From: Hypanus sabinus
Taxonomy: Eukaryota
Direction of reading: 5' to 3'
DNA length: 64,000 nucleotides
NCBI RefSeq assembly: GCF_030144855.1
Contig: NC_082712.1
Coordinates: 49,414,001-49,478,000 of the forward strand
Positions 26,915 to 38,996 of this stretch are shown here, piece by piece. Under the pieces are notes generated by a model, which had not been told where the DNA came from, searched no databases, and worked only from the letters and a program-made list of their open reading frames with translations. Each line of letters begins with the position of its first letter. Positions within the stretch are counted from its first letter, which is position 1. Made by a program: the position numbers and the translations under genes.

Positions 26915-27962
26915 AACTGGAAGACCACAATCTGTGCGGATTGGTGATAATATCTCCTCCTTGCTGACGATCAACGCTGGTGCACCTCAGGGGTGGTTTG
27001 AGCTTAGCCTACATGACCATATGGCTAGATACAATTCAAATACCATCTAAAATTTGCTGATGATACAACCACTGTTGACAGAGTCTCAGATGGAGACGAG
27101 AGGGCATACAGGAGCAAGATATGCCAACCAGTGGAGTGGTGTTGTAGCAACAACCTGTACAACCTCAACATCAGTAAGACTAAAAAGCTGATTGTGGAGT
27201 TCAGGAAGGGTAAGACAAAGGAACACATATCAATCCTCATAGAGGGATCAGGGGTGGAGAGAGTTCCTGGGTGTCAAGATCCCTGAGGACCTAACCTGAG
27301 CCCAACATATTGATGCAGTTATAAAGAAGGCAAGTCAGTGACTATACTTCATTAGGAGTTTGAAGAGATTTGGTGTGTCAACAAATACACTCTAAAACTT
27401 TTATAGATGTACCATGCAGAGCATTCTGACAGGCTGCATCACTATCTGGTATGGTGGGGGAGGTGGGGGGGGGGGGCTTCTGTGCAGGACCGAAAGAAGC
27501 TGCAGAGGGTTGTAAATTTAGTCGGCTCCATCTTGGGTACTAGCCTATAAAGTATCCAGGACATCTTGAAGCAGCGGTGTCTCAGAAAGTCAGCATCCAT
27601 TATAAGGACCTCCAGCACCCAGGGGGCATGCCCTTTTCTCACTGTTACCATCAGGGAGGAGGTACAGAAGCCCAAAGGCACACACTCAGCGATTCAGGAA
27701 CAGCTTCTTCCCCTCTGCCATCCGATTCCTAAATGGATGTTGAACCCATGAACACTACCTCACTTTTAAAATATATATTATTTCAGTTTTTGCACAATTT
27801 TTCATCTATTCAATATATGTATACTGTAATTGATTTGCTATCTGTCTGTTTATTTATTTATTTATTTTAATTTTTCTCCTATATTATGTATTGCATTGAA
27901 CTGCTACTGCTAAGTTAACAAATTTCATGACATGAGATAACAAATCTGATTCTGATTCTGAC
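26915..27962 (+). mobile_element. Rex1/Babar-clade LINE, 5'-truncated
   Basis: TGRPQSVRIGDNISSLLTINAGAPQG, FADD region, and (attctg)n tail; closely related to 14355-15750. Confidence 0.88.
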
Positions 27963-27969
27963 TTTCAGA

Positions 27970-28240
27970 TTTCCTAGATAAAAGTCAAAATACGCAGTAA
28001 TAGTTATGGAACAAAGAGGTATGGGGTAGACAGGGTCATGAAGACATACTTGCCTTCATCAATCAGGATATTGAGTGTAGGAGTTGTGACATCATGATAC
28101 AGCTGTTCAAAACTTTGGTAAGACCACACATGGAGTATTGTGTACAGTTCTGTTCACCTTCCCAGAGGACGAATATCAGTAAACTGGAAAGGGTTTATAA
28201 AAAGATTTTCAAGGGTATTACCAGGACCAGCATACAGAAG
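27970..28240 (+). mobile_element. CR1 RT C-terminal fragment
   Basis: aaaactttggtaagaccacacatggagtattgtgtacagttctg (KTLVRPHMEYCVQF). Confidence 0.7.
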
Positions 28241-29289
28241 AGGGTAAGGTGAAGGAGGGACAAATTCACATAGAACAGGAAAGGTTTGAGAAAGAATAAA
28301 GAATAACAGGAAAAGGGGAAAGGGGAGAGAGGCATATCTGAATCATGGGAAAGATAGGCAGAGAGACAGGGACATGGCATAGGAGAAGTGGAGTGAGGGG
28401 TAGAAAGGATGCAGAAGGAGCTTGTGCATGTCAGTGAGGGAAGGTGTTGTGAGAAACAGTGTAACAGATCTTGAGTGCAAGTGACAGCAGGCACTGCAGA
28501 TGTACCGGACCAATCTTATGGGATCATGGTGTTTTAAAATCAGATCTGGTCACCATTACAGAAAATGTTCTGTAAGTAGATAATATTCTGTCAAAGCTGT
28601 CCCTAGGTAGCCTCAAAGAATATCCATGTCTCCTTTGAACAGAGGATGCTCCTCCCTCTGCTTTAGGCCCTTCACCCTAAAGCTGGCAGCACAGACTCTG
28701 CCTTTAGCAATTTGTGGTGAAGAATGGATGAAGAACAAAACATAATCTGCTGAAGTAACTCAACGCATTGAACAAAAATATGGGAGAAAAAGAATTATCA
28801 AAACCCTGCATCAGAATGATGAGGCTACAGAAAGGTGGTTGAGTGCTGGTAACTGAGACAAGTCTAATTGGAAACAGTAGGGTTTGACATCAAAAGGCCA
28901 GTAACAAGGTATTTCAAATAATGCCATGCTATACTCTTAGTTTTTTAAAGCAATATCAGAGAGACAACAATGCTCCTTTAACACTGAAAAATGGCGTTGA
29001 CCAATCTCATATCCAAGATTTTTATCTGACCCTAGTCCAATCTTGGTATTTCTGCTCAGCTTGCTAGATTAAAGTGAAGCTAAGACTTGACAGCACTCTG
29101 TACATCTTAATTGTACATCTGAAAGGGTGTCCTGACAACTTCAGGCACTCTTTAATTGTTTCTTCAGAAGAGGTACGTTCAAACAGAAGGTTGCATGGTG
29201 TGTTAATTAGAAAATGATCTGGCTAGTACATTTGTAAAATTCAATAGCAGTTTCTCCTTTTTTCCTTATTTTTCACAGAGACAGAGAGG

Positions 29290-29610
29290 CATTGAACAGT
29301 GTAGCACCGAAACAGGCCTTATGGCAGCCTGGTTTTCTGCCTAGTCTCATCTATGACAGCCGTCTACACCTCTCTCATCCATGTCATATCCAAGCTTCTC
29401 TTAAGAGTTACAATTGAACACACATCTACCATTTGCACTGGAAGCTCACTTTGCACTTGCATTGCCCTCAGAGTGAAGAAGTTCCCCTTCATGTTTCCGT
29501 TAAACATTTCTCCTTTCATCCTAAAACTATGACCTCAAATTCTGGTCTCAGCCAACCTCAGAGGAAAAACCCAGCAATCATTCATCCTATCTATACCCCT
29601 TTTAATTTTG
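29290..29610 (-). mobile_element. CR1 3' fragment
   Basis: CR1 tail and coding remnant; interrupted at taattttg by the next element. Confidence 0.65.
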
Positions 29611-29966
29611 ATTGATCATCATTGTTATTATGTGCTGTGTCTGCTGTATGACGTAGATGATTATGGTCTCATGACCGTGATTGTTCTTGGCAATTTTTTC
29701 TACAGAGGTGGTTTGTGGTTGTCTTCTTCTGGTCAGTGTCTTTATAAGACAGGTGCCCCAGCCATTATTGGAGATTAACTGCCTGGCATCAGTGGTCGCA
29801 TAACCAGGACTTATGATATGCACCACCTGCTCCCTTGGTTTCACATGACCCTGATCAGGGGAGCTACTTAGGTGCTACACCTTGCCTAAGAGTGGCCTGC
29901 AGGCTAGGGGAGGGAAGGAACACCTTACACCTCTTTTGATAGAGACGTATCTCCACCCTGCCACCC
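29611..29966 (-). mobile_element. RTE-related short retroposon with TSD
   Basis: Direct repeat taattttg at 29603-29610 and 29968-29975; (atc)n-like tail; GC-rich 5' end starting GGGTGGC. Confidence 0.6.
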
Positions 29967-30965
29967 ATAATTTTGTATACCATAAGACCATAAGTCAAGG
30001 AGCAGAAGTCAGCCATTCGGTCCATTGAGTCTGCTCCACCATTTTATCATGAGCTGATCCATTCTCCCATTTAGTCCCACTCCCCCACGTTCTCACCATA
30101 ACCTTTGATGCCCTGGCTACTCAGATACCTATTAATCTCTGCCTTAAATACATCCAATGATTTGACCTCCACTGCCACCCGTGGCAACAAATTCTACAGA
30201 TTCACCACCCTCCGGCTAAAAAAAAAAATTTCTTTGCATCTCTGTTCTGAATGGGCGCCCTTCAATCCTTAAGTCATACCCTCTCATACTAGACTCCCCC
30301 ACCATGGAAACAATTTTGCCACCTCCACTCTGCCCATGCCTTTCAACATTCGAAACGTTTCTATGAGGCCCCCCCTCAATTCTTCTAAACTCCAAGGAGT
30401 ACAGTCCAAGAGCGGCCAAACATTCCTCATATGTTAACTCTCAAATTCCCGGAATCATTCTAATAAATCTTCTCTGAACCCTCTCTAATGTCAGCATATT
30501 CTTTCTTAAATAAGGAGCCCAAAACTGCACACAGTACTCCAAGTGAGGTCTTACCAGTGCTTTATGGAGCCTCAACATCACATCCCTGCTCCTATACTCT
30601 ATTCCTCTAGAAATGAATGCCAACATTGCATTCGCCTTCTTCACCACCGACTCAACCTGGAGATTAACATTAAGGGTATCCTGCATGAGGACTACCGAAT
30701 CCTGTTGCATTTCAGAACTTTGAATTCTCTCCCCATTTAAATAATAGTCTGTCAATTTATTTCTTCTACCAAAGTGTATGACAATACACTTTCCAACATT
30801 GTATTTCATTTGCCACTTCTTTGCCCATTCCCCCAATCTATCCAAGTCTCCCTGCAGACTCTTCTGTTTCCTCAGCACTACCGGCCCATCCACCTATCTT
30901 TGTATCATCAGCAAACTTAGCCACAAAGCTATCTATTCCATAATCCAAATCGTTGATATACAACG

Positions 30966-31085
30966 TGATGCACCATCAATAACTCACGGAGACGGGAGGC
31001 AAACGATAGGCTTTTATTAGCTGCAAGAGACCACAATTAGTAGCAAGAGACCACCACACAACATCCTGGAGACTTGAGGGAGGAG
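30966..31085 (-). mobile_element. Truncated solo LTR (variant of the 3434/13087/47891 family)
   Basis: Starts tgatgcaccatcaataactc like the other copies and is cut after gagggaggag. Confidence 0.8.
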
Positions 31086-31234
31086 ATAGAGCTCTTAAAG
31101 ATAGCGAAGTCAAGGGATATGGGGAGAAGGCAGGAACGGGGTACTGATTGTGGATGATCAGCCATGATCACAGTGAATGGTGGTGCTGGCTTGAAGGGCT
31201 GAACGGCCTACTCCTGCACCTATTGTCTGTTGTC
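31086..31234 (+). mobile_element. CR1 3' tail in opposite orientation
   Basis: gtcaagggatatggggagaaggcagga..gatcagccatgatc..gcctactcctgcacctattgtc. Confidence 0.8.
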
Positions 31235-32139
31235 ATGTGCAGCACCTTGTCAAAGGCCTTCTGAAAATCCAAATATACAACATCCACTGCATCTCCCTAG
31301 TTGAGACTACTTGTAATTTCCTTAAAAAATTGCAATAGGTTTGTCGGGCAGGATTTTCCTTAAAGGAACCATGATGAGTTCTGCCTATCTTGTCATATGC
31401 CTCCAGGTACTCCGTAACCTCAACCTTGACATCAACTCCAACAACTTCCCAACCACCGATGTCAAGCTAACAGGTCTATAATGTCCTTTTTGCTTCCTTT
31501 CCCCCTTCTTAAATAGCGGAGCGACATTTGCAGTCTTCCAGTCCTCCGGAACCATGCCAGAATCTATTGACTTTTGAAAGATCATTGCTAATGCCTCCAC
31601 AATCTCCACAGCTACTTCCTTCAGAACACGAGGGTGCATTCCATCTGGTCTGAGAGATTTATCTACTCTCAGACAATTCAGCTTCCTGAGTACTTTCTCT
31701 GTTGTAATTATGACTGCACATATTTCTCTTCCCTGACACCCTTGAATGTCTGGTATATTGCTGATGTCTTCCTCAGTGAAGACTGATGCAAAATACTCGT
31801 TCAGTTCCTCCGCCATCACCCTATCTCCTGTTACAATTTCTCCAGCATCATTTTCTATCAGTCCTATATCTACTCTCACTGGTCTTTTACTCTTTATATA
31901 CTTGAAAAAGCTTTTACTATCCTCTTTGATATTATTTGCTAGCTTCCTTTCATAGTTCATCATTTCCCTCTTAATGACCTTCTTAGTTTCCTTTTGTAAG
32001 CTTTTAAAAACTTCCCAATCCTCTATCTTCCCACTAATTTTTGCTTCTTTATATGCCCTCTCCTTTGCTTTTATTTTGGCTTTGACTTCTCTTGCCAGCC
32101 ACTGTTGCATCCTTTTTCCATTTGAAAATATCTTCTTTA

Positions 32140-32825
32140 TATGCCTCTATAAATTTTCCCTCATTCTCCTATGCTCCAGGGAATAAAGTCCTAACCCAAT
32201 CAAACTGTTGCTGTAACCTAGGTCCTCATGTCCTGGCAACATCTAGGTACATTTTCTTTGTGACCTTTCAGTCTTTCCTGTATGTAGGTGACCAGAACTG
32301 CAATCAATACTCTAAATTTGGTTTCACCAATGCCTTATACAACTTCAACACAAGATCCTAATTTCTTGACTCAATATCTAATTTATGAAGGGTAATGTGC
32401 CAAAAGCTGTCCTTATGAACCTATCTACCTGTAATGCTACTTTCAAGGAATTATGGATCTGTAATCTTAGGCACCACACACCTCAGTCTCCTGCTAATAA
32501 CTGTTTAAGTCTTACCCTGGTTTGACCTCCCAAAGTGCAATATCTTGTACCTGACTACATTAAATTACATTTGCAATTGTTTGGCCCACTTTACTAGTTG
32601 GTTCAAATCCCATTGCAAGCTTCGATAGCCTTCCTTACTTTTCACTGCATCTTAATGTTGGAGTCATCTGCAAATCTTCTGATCCAGTTTACCACCTTAT
32701 CATTTAAATCAATAATATAAATGAAAAATATCAACAGACCCAGCACCAATTCCTGCAGCACACAACTAGTCACAGGCCTCCAGTCAGAGACACCACATCT
32801 ACTACCACTCTCTGGCTTCTTCTGC
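32140..32825 (-). mobile_element. CR1 RT fragment
   Basis: SDWRPVTSCVLQELVLGLLIFFIYIIDL..RFADD within ORF 32642-33148. Confidence 0.8.
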
Positions 32826-32884
32826 AAGGTTAGCACTGAATCCATTTTGTTAGACAATCTGCAGTATATTCCAATCCATTTCAT

Positions 32885-33360
32885 GGTAACACACAAAGTC
32901 TTTGAAGGAATGCAGTAGGTCAGGCAGTACCTTTGGAGTGAAATGGACAGTTGCTGTTTTGAATCGAGACCCGTACTTAGGACTGGAATGGTAGATGGTG
33001 GAGAGCTAGTATAAAAAGTTGGGAGGGAGGGGCGCTGCAAGAGCTGGTGGGTGATAGATGGATCCAAGTGAGGGGGTGTAGGCAGATGAGAGAGAGAGGA
33101 GAGTGGGAATGATGCAAGAATTTGGGAGGTAATGGGTGGAGGAGACAATGGGCTGAAAATAATGAAATCTGCTAAGAGTGGAGAGTGGGATCATGGAATA
33201 AAAGGAAGGAGGTTTGGAGAGGAACCACCGGGAAGAGTGTGTGGGTGATGGGTGGATGGAAAGGCTGGGGAAGGGGAAAGAGATAAGCTACTGGGAACAG
33301 TGGGATAACAGGAAGAAATCTAAGGGAGAGAGGATGTGGATACTAGAAATGAGAGAAAGA
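32885..33360 (-). mobile_element. Penelope pLTR and purine-rich tail
   Basis: Family match aacacacaaag..gtaggtcaggcag..gaaatggacagt..gagacc..ggactgga. Confidence 0.65.
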
Positions 33361-33459
33361 CATCTTTATATAATGAAGCTTTTACCAATTGTTCTCATTT
33401 TCAATTGTCTAGTTTTAAAATTTGATTATTTTTTAATCTTGCTTTTGAAAACTGGGGAC

Positions 33460-33602
33460 CTTGAAAGTCCTGATGAAGGGTCTTGGCCTGAAATGTTGAC
33501 AGTACTCTTTTCCATAGCTGCTGCCTGGCCTGCTGCGTTCCTCTAGCATTTCGTGTGTGTTGGTTGGATTTCCAGCATCTGCAGATTTTCTCGTGTTTGT
33601 GA
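33460..33602 (+). mobile_element. Penelope pLTR fragment
   Basis: agtcctgatgaagggtcttggcctgaaatgttgac..gctgcctggcctgctgcgttcctc..tttccagcatctgcag. Confidence 0.8.
33466..33500 (+). ncRNA. Minimal type I hammerhead ribozyme motif (Penelope-associated), best-preserved copy of family A
   Basis: GUC-CUGAUGA-AGG(gucuugg)CCU-GAAA-UGUU-GAC: both conserved core boxes, stem II and a short stem I are present. Activity untested. Confidence 0.65.
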
Positions 33603-33708
33603 CCTCAAAATTCTATTCCATCCAAACTTCCTTTTTATACTATGCAATGAAATCTTTAAAAAAGAAGATATAACAGCTCTTCAAAAATCCAACACACTTG
33701 ATACTTAA

Positions 33709-34270
33709 TAAACACAAGAAAGTCTGCAGATGTTGGAGATCCAAAGCAAAGCACGCAAAATGCTGGGGGAGCTCAACAGGTCAGACGGCATCTATGGAAA
33801 AAACAAACAACTGATGTTTCGGGCCAAGCTCCTTCTTCAGACTAAGAAGGAAAGGGAAGATGTCTAAATAAAAAGGTGGAGGCAGGGGAAGGAGGCCGGC
33901 TGGAAGGTGATATGTGAAGCTAGGTGGGAAGGAAAGGTGAAAGGCTGGAGAAGAAAGAATCTGACTGGAGAGCAGAGTGAACCATAGGAGAAAAGGAAGA
34001 AGGAGGGGATCCAGGGAAAGTAATAGGCAGGGGAGAAGAAGTAAAAGGTCAGAGTGGTGAATAGAGAAGGGGGGGGGGGTGGAATTTGTTTACCTGAAGG
34101 GAAATTGGCATTCCTGCCATCAGCTTGGAGGTTACCTAAATGGAATATAAAGGGTTGCTCCTCCACCTCGAAGGTGGCCTCAACTTGGCTCAAGAAGGGG
34201 GCACGGACTGTCATGTCGGAACGGGAATGAGAACTGGAATTAAAATGTTTGGCCACTGGAAATCCTGCTT
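33709..34270 (-). mobile_element. Penelope-like element 3' end (GIY-YIG endonuclease C-terminus and pLTR)
   Basis: ORF 33864-34256 MAKHFNSSSHSRSDMTV..EATFEVEEQPFIFHLGNLQADGRN; CUGAAGA..GAAA core at 33811-33843. Confidence 0.85.
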
Positions 34271-35069
34271 GTTATTTATTGGTGTTGCACTGGCAGGTTT
34301 CCTAGATTATTGGATGTTATTTTCATTAACATTGGCATAATTTTATTAGGACATTACAAAACTTTTTACTCACCTGCATTTTTTGTCCCAAGGAATTTCA
34401 TATTTAAGTCAACCATATACACAAAAATACCATCTGAATGTAGAAATTGAACAGCACAGCCTATATATGTTCAGATTCCTCAAACTATTGGAGAGTTCAA
34501 TTATAATGGATAGAGAAAGTAATGACTTCAGCTGGAAGTCAGCAACTTCAGAGCAGATTTAATGCACATTTAAATCTTGGAAATTGATCAGGTTCAGTAT
34601 CAAATAAACAAGGGCGCAAATGCAACTTGCGCCAACGACACTCAGACATAATCAATACGACCACAAAATGTTAACAGAAGCAAATTAAAATTTGGCAGGG
34701 GTACTTTCAGTGAATGTTTATTGCATTCATTTTCCATCACCTACTATTCTACCAGAGGCACTAACAATTAATATGTAAGGTTAACACTCTAATTAAATGG
34801 ATAGATAAAGGAAAGCATTAAGTGTTTATCTGTTAATATCAGCAACAGTAATTTCCAGGCTATTATTCTCAAGCTTTTAAAATGTATCACAAAGTGAACC
34901 TAATGAATGTATAATATATAAAATGAACATTGATAGAATATTATTAAATGGTAGGAATAGAATTAAAACCGAATCCTTTCCAAAGATCAATCCTTAGTTC
35001 ACAATTAATATTTATCAGCATTTTGTTCCTAGACAACATTATCCAAAAAGTAAAACTGGCTCCATGGTA

Positions 35070-35305
35070 ACTGGCCAAAATAAAGGGGTGTCCCGTTTAT
35101 ACTGAAATGAGGAATATTTTTGGATTTGTTGCTACAGAGGACTGTGGAGGCCAAGTCTTTGGCAGAGATTAATTGCTCCTTGATCGGTAAGGGGATTTAG
35201 GTTTATGGGGAAAAGGTGGGGGAACGGGAAAAAATATGTCATGATTGAATGGAAGAGCAGATTCAACGGACTGAATGGTTTAAATCTCCTCATATTTCTT
35301 GTAGT
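35070..35305 (+). mobile_element. CR1 3' end, degenerate
   Basis: gactgtggaggccaagtc..gtttatggggaaaaggtgg..catgattgaatgg. Confidence 0.6.
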
Positions 35306-35639
35306 TCAATGCCTAACACTACTAGGGTTTCATTGCCACAATCTCGATTGATTACCCTACTGCTTTTGCCATCTTGCCTTTGCCAGTATTGAATGAGCAG
35401 GGATCACTTCCAATGAAACATGAAAAAGATGTCTTTGTCGCCTGTCATGGAAGAGCCACCAACTACTTCAATTTCCATGGCCAGTAGCTGAATGATAATC
35501 AGATAGGTTGCAGGGTGAATCCTCCTAACCCTCGAGTGAAGTCCATGAGATACAAGTGGTCAGTTCTTCTGGCATTCAGTACCTGAGGTAGATCTAAAAA
35601 AAAGCAAACTAATTGTCGAAGTACAGATCTGTCACCACA

Positions 35640-36985
35640 TGCAATCTTGAGATTCATTTTCTTGCAGGCATTCACAGTAGAGCAAAGAAGTACAATAGAA
35701 CCAATGAAAAACTACACATAAGGATTGACAAACAGCCAATGTGCAAAAGACAAACTATTGCAATTACAAAAACAAATAATAATAATTAAATAATATACAG
35801 AACATGAATTGTAGAGTCCTTGAAAGTGAATCCAAAGGTTGTGGAATAGATTTAGTGTTGAGGTGACTGAAATTATCCACACTGGTTCAGGAGCCTAGTA
35901 GTTGAAGGGTAATCTTTTTTTTTCAATCTTTTTATTGAATTTCATATATAAAAGAAACATAATATAATAATAAATAGGTTATAAATGCATAAGACTTGAA
36001 ATTGAATTAGTAGTTGGATAACAATATCCTATTAAAATATCAACATATAAACATAGTACATTATCAATCAAGTCTATAATAATTATATGAAAAAAATAAA
36101 AATAATCATCAAAAGAAAAAGAAAAAATTATAAAAATACAGGCAAAAAATATAAAAAAATACTAAACTAAACTAACATGGGCAATAATAACAGTTTATTT
36201 GTATATGATAGTGCCAAAAACTCCGGAACTCCATACCTGAACAAGAATAAGTAAAGAGAAGGTCTGGAAGAGGCCAAATTAATTCATATGAAAATGTCGA
36301 ATGAACGGTCCCCAAGTTTCTTCAAATTTAATTGATGAGTCAAAAATAGTGCTTCTAATTTTTTCCAAGCTCAGAAAAGAAATAGTTTGAGAGAACCACT
36401 GGAACGTGGTAGGAGGATTTACTTCTTTCCAATTTTGTAATATAGACCTTCTGGCCATTAATATTACAAAAGCAATCATTCGTCTAATTGAAGGGGAAAA
36501 CTGATTATCATTCTCATTTGGTATACCAAAAATTGCAGTAATAAAATGAGGTTGTAAATCAATATTCCAAACTGAGGAAATGGTAGCAAGTATGTCCTTC
36601 CAATAGTTATGTAAAGCGGGACATGACCAAAACATATGGGTCAATGAAGCTAGTTGAAGGGTAATCATCGTTCCTGGTCCTGGTGGTGTGGGATCTAATG
36701 CTTATGACCCTCCTTCCCGATGGCAGCAGCAAGGAGAGAGCATGGTCTGGATGGTGGAGGTCCTGATGATGAATGCTATTTTCTTGTGGCAGCACTCCAA
36801 GAAGACACCACAAACCTCGAAGAAAGTAGAGGTGCTACCATATCTTGTTTGTAATAGAGCTTACACGTTGGTCCCAGTACAGATCTTCTGAAATGATAAT
36901 GACAAAGAAGTTAAAGTTATCAAGCCTTTCCACCTCTGGTCCCCTCACGGATCCTTGATTTCTTCCTATTGCAGTCAATAATCAC
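35640..36985 (-). mobile_element. Rex1/Babar-type LINE 3' part, interrupted by L1
   Basis: DLHHPDHALSLLLPSGRR..SIRSHTTR (ORF 36607-36813); 3' UTR matches 52180-52450. Confidence 0.75.
35915..36650 (-). mobile_element. 5'-truncated L1-clade LINE (ORF2 C-terminus, 3' UTR, poly-A)
   Basis: Stop-free ASLTHMFWSCP..ARRSILQNWK..LEKIR..WGPF; AATAAA and poly-A on the minus strand; perfect 16-bp TSD tagttgaagggtaatc at 35899-35914 and 36651-36666. Confidence 0.92.
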
Positions 36986-37417
36986 CTCAAACCAGGTATT
37001 GCTGGTGTGCATCAGGCAGGTGGTGTACACCAGAATTTGTGTAGTGCTGAGTTCAGAAAGAAACAGCATCATGCTGGGAGCTCAAGTGTCATTCGAATGC
37101 ACCAGAATTTATGTTTCAGTTTGCACACAAGAATGGAACTACGGACTTTCTAAAATGGAAACGCTTTCCAACATCACCTGTATTGGCATAGAGAAAAAGG
37201 AATTCACGCTGGGGGGATTAGTTCATGCTTGGAAAGAGAATGATCAGCTGAATACAATCTGGTATATTACACCTAATTTGAAAATTAGCATTCTCGTCAA
37301 ACCCAAACTATGCTTTGGACTGAAACCTTTAACTTTGACTGGATTAGACAGGAGTCCAGATGAAATGTCTCAACTGGAAGTACTGCCCTCCACAGATGTT
37401 GCTTGACCTGTAGTGTT

Positions 37418-38608
37418 CAAGTCAAGTCAAGTTAAGTTACTTTTTATTGTCATTTCAACCATAAACTGCTGGTACAGTACACAGTAAAAATGAAACAACG
37501 TTCCTCCAGACCCTGGTGCTACATGAAACAACACAAAAAACTACGCTAGACAATGTGAGACAACTCAAGGCTACACTAGGCTACGTAAAACAACACAAAA
37601 ATTACACTAGTCTACAGACCTACACAGGATTACATAATGTGCACAAAACAGTGCAGGGCAGTACAATAATTAATAAACAAGACAATAGGCACAGTCGAGG
37701 ACAGATTACAGTATAATAATAAATGATGTAGATGTTAGTCTAGACTTTGGGTATTGAGGAGTCTGATGCCTTGGGGGAAGAAACTGTTGCACAGTCTGGT
37801 CGTGAGAGCCCAAGTGCTTCTGTAACTTTTGCCAGATGGCAGGAGGGAGAAGAGTTTGTGTGAGGGGTGTGTGGGGTCCTTCACAATGCTTTTAGCTTTG
37901 TGGGTGCAGCATGTGGTGTAAATGTCTGTAATAGCGGGAAGAGAGACCCTGATGATCTTCTCAGCTGACCTCACTAACCGCTGCAGGGTCTTGCGATCCA
38001 AGATAGTGCATTTCCCGAACCAGGCAGTGATGCAGCTGCTCAGGATGCTCTCGATACATCCTCTGTAGAATGTGATGAGGATGGGGGGGTGGGAGATGGA
38101 CTTTTATCAGCCTTCGCAGAAAGTAGAGATGCTGTTGGGCTTTCTTGGCCATGGAGCTGGTGTTGAGGGACCAAGTGAGATTCTCTGTCAGGTGAACACC
38201 AAGAAATTTGGTGCTCTTAATGACCTCTACCAAGGAGCCGTCAATGTTCAGCGGAGAGTGGTCGCTCCGTGTCCTCCTGAAGTCAACCACCATCTCTTTT
38301 GTTTTGTTCACATTCAGAGACAGGTTGTTGGCTCTGCACCAGTCCGTTAGCCACTGCACTTCCTCTCTGTATGCTGACTCATCATTCTTGCTGATGAGAC
38401 CCACCACGGTCGTGTCATCTGCGAACTTGATGATGTGGTTCGAGCTGTATGTTGCAGCACAGTCGTGGGTCAGCAGAGTGAACAGCAGTGGACTGAGCAC
38501 ACAACCCTGGGGAGGCCCCGTGCTCAGTGAGATGGTGTTGGAGATGCTGCTCCCAATCCGGACTGACCGAGGTCTCCCAGTCAGGAAGTCTAGGATCCAG
38601 TTGCAGAG
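37418..38608 (-). mobile_element. Rex1/Babar-clade LINE, 5'-truncated, well-preserved RT
   Basis: ORF 37961-38620 [55 protein letters not shown]; (acttg)n tail. Confidence 0.95.
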
Positions 38609-38617
38609 TCCCATCAG

Positions 38618-38790
38618 CATAAGACCATTGACACAGGAGCAGAATTAAGCCACTTGGTCCATCAAGTCTATGCCGCTATTTCATCATGGGTGATCCATTT
38701 CCCCCTCAACCCCATTCTTCTGCCTTTTTCCTGTAACCTTTCATGCCTTGACTAATCAAGAACCTGTAAACCTCCGTCTGAAATGCATAT
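38618..38790 (-). mobile_element. CR1 3' tail
   Basis: cataagacc..aggagcagaattaagccac..ctgtaacctttcatgccttgactaatcaagaacct. Confidence 0.75.
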
Positions 38791-38996
38791 GATTGAAAAG
38801 TTGACTTGATTCATGCGGGAAGTGTGGCTTGGGGCAGTCCACAGTCTGTCTGTTTGGGAGCTGGGGTTTAATCAATCCTCGTCTGTCATCTCATCCACAG
38901 CCATTCCAACATAGGTGGCCATGAGTTGGCATCGCCTGATGGAGTTCTTGAAGCCCGCAGGTCTTCACACAGTGTCAGCGTGTTGATCCAGCTCGT

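Larger units (their letters stand above)
29980..32130 (-). mobile_element. CR1-clade LINE (RT region to 3' end), interrupted at 30966-31234
   Basis: ORF 31385-32110 (PDGMHPRVLKE..VPEDWKTANVAPLFKKG..YRPVSLTSVVGKLLE) and ORF 30441-30893 (LQGDLDRLGEWAKKWQM..LVRPHLEYCVQFWAP). Confidence 0.93.

Noticed and set aside
34613-34633. 7-bp inverted repeat ggcgcaa/ttgcgcc
   Set aside because: Too short to distinguish from chance.
37961-38620. Long ORFs here and at 31385-32110, 50204-50881 and 51224-51838 as host genes
   Set aside because: All are LINE RT or endonuclease fragments with frameshifted continuations.
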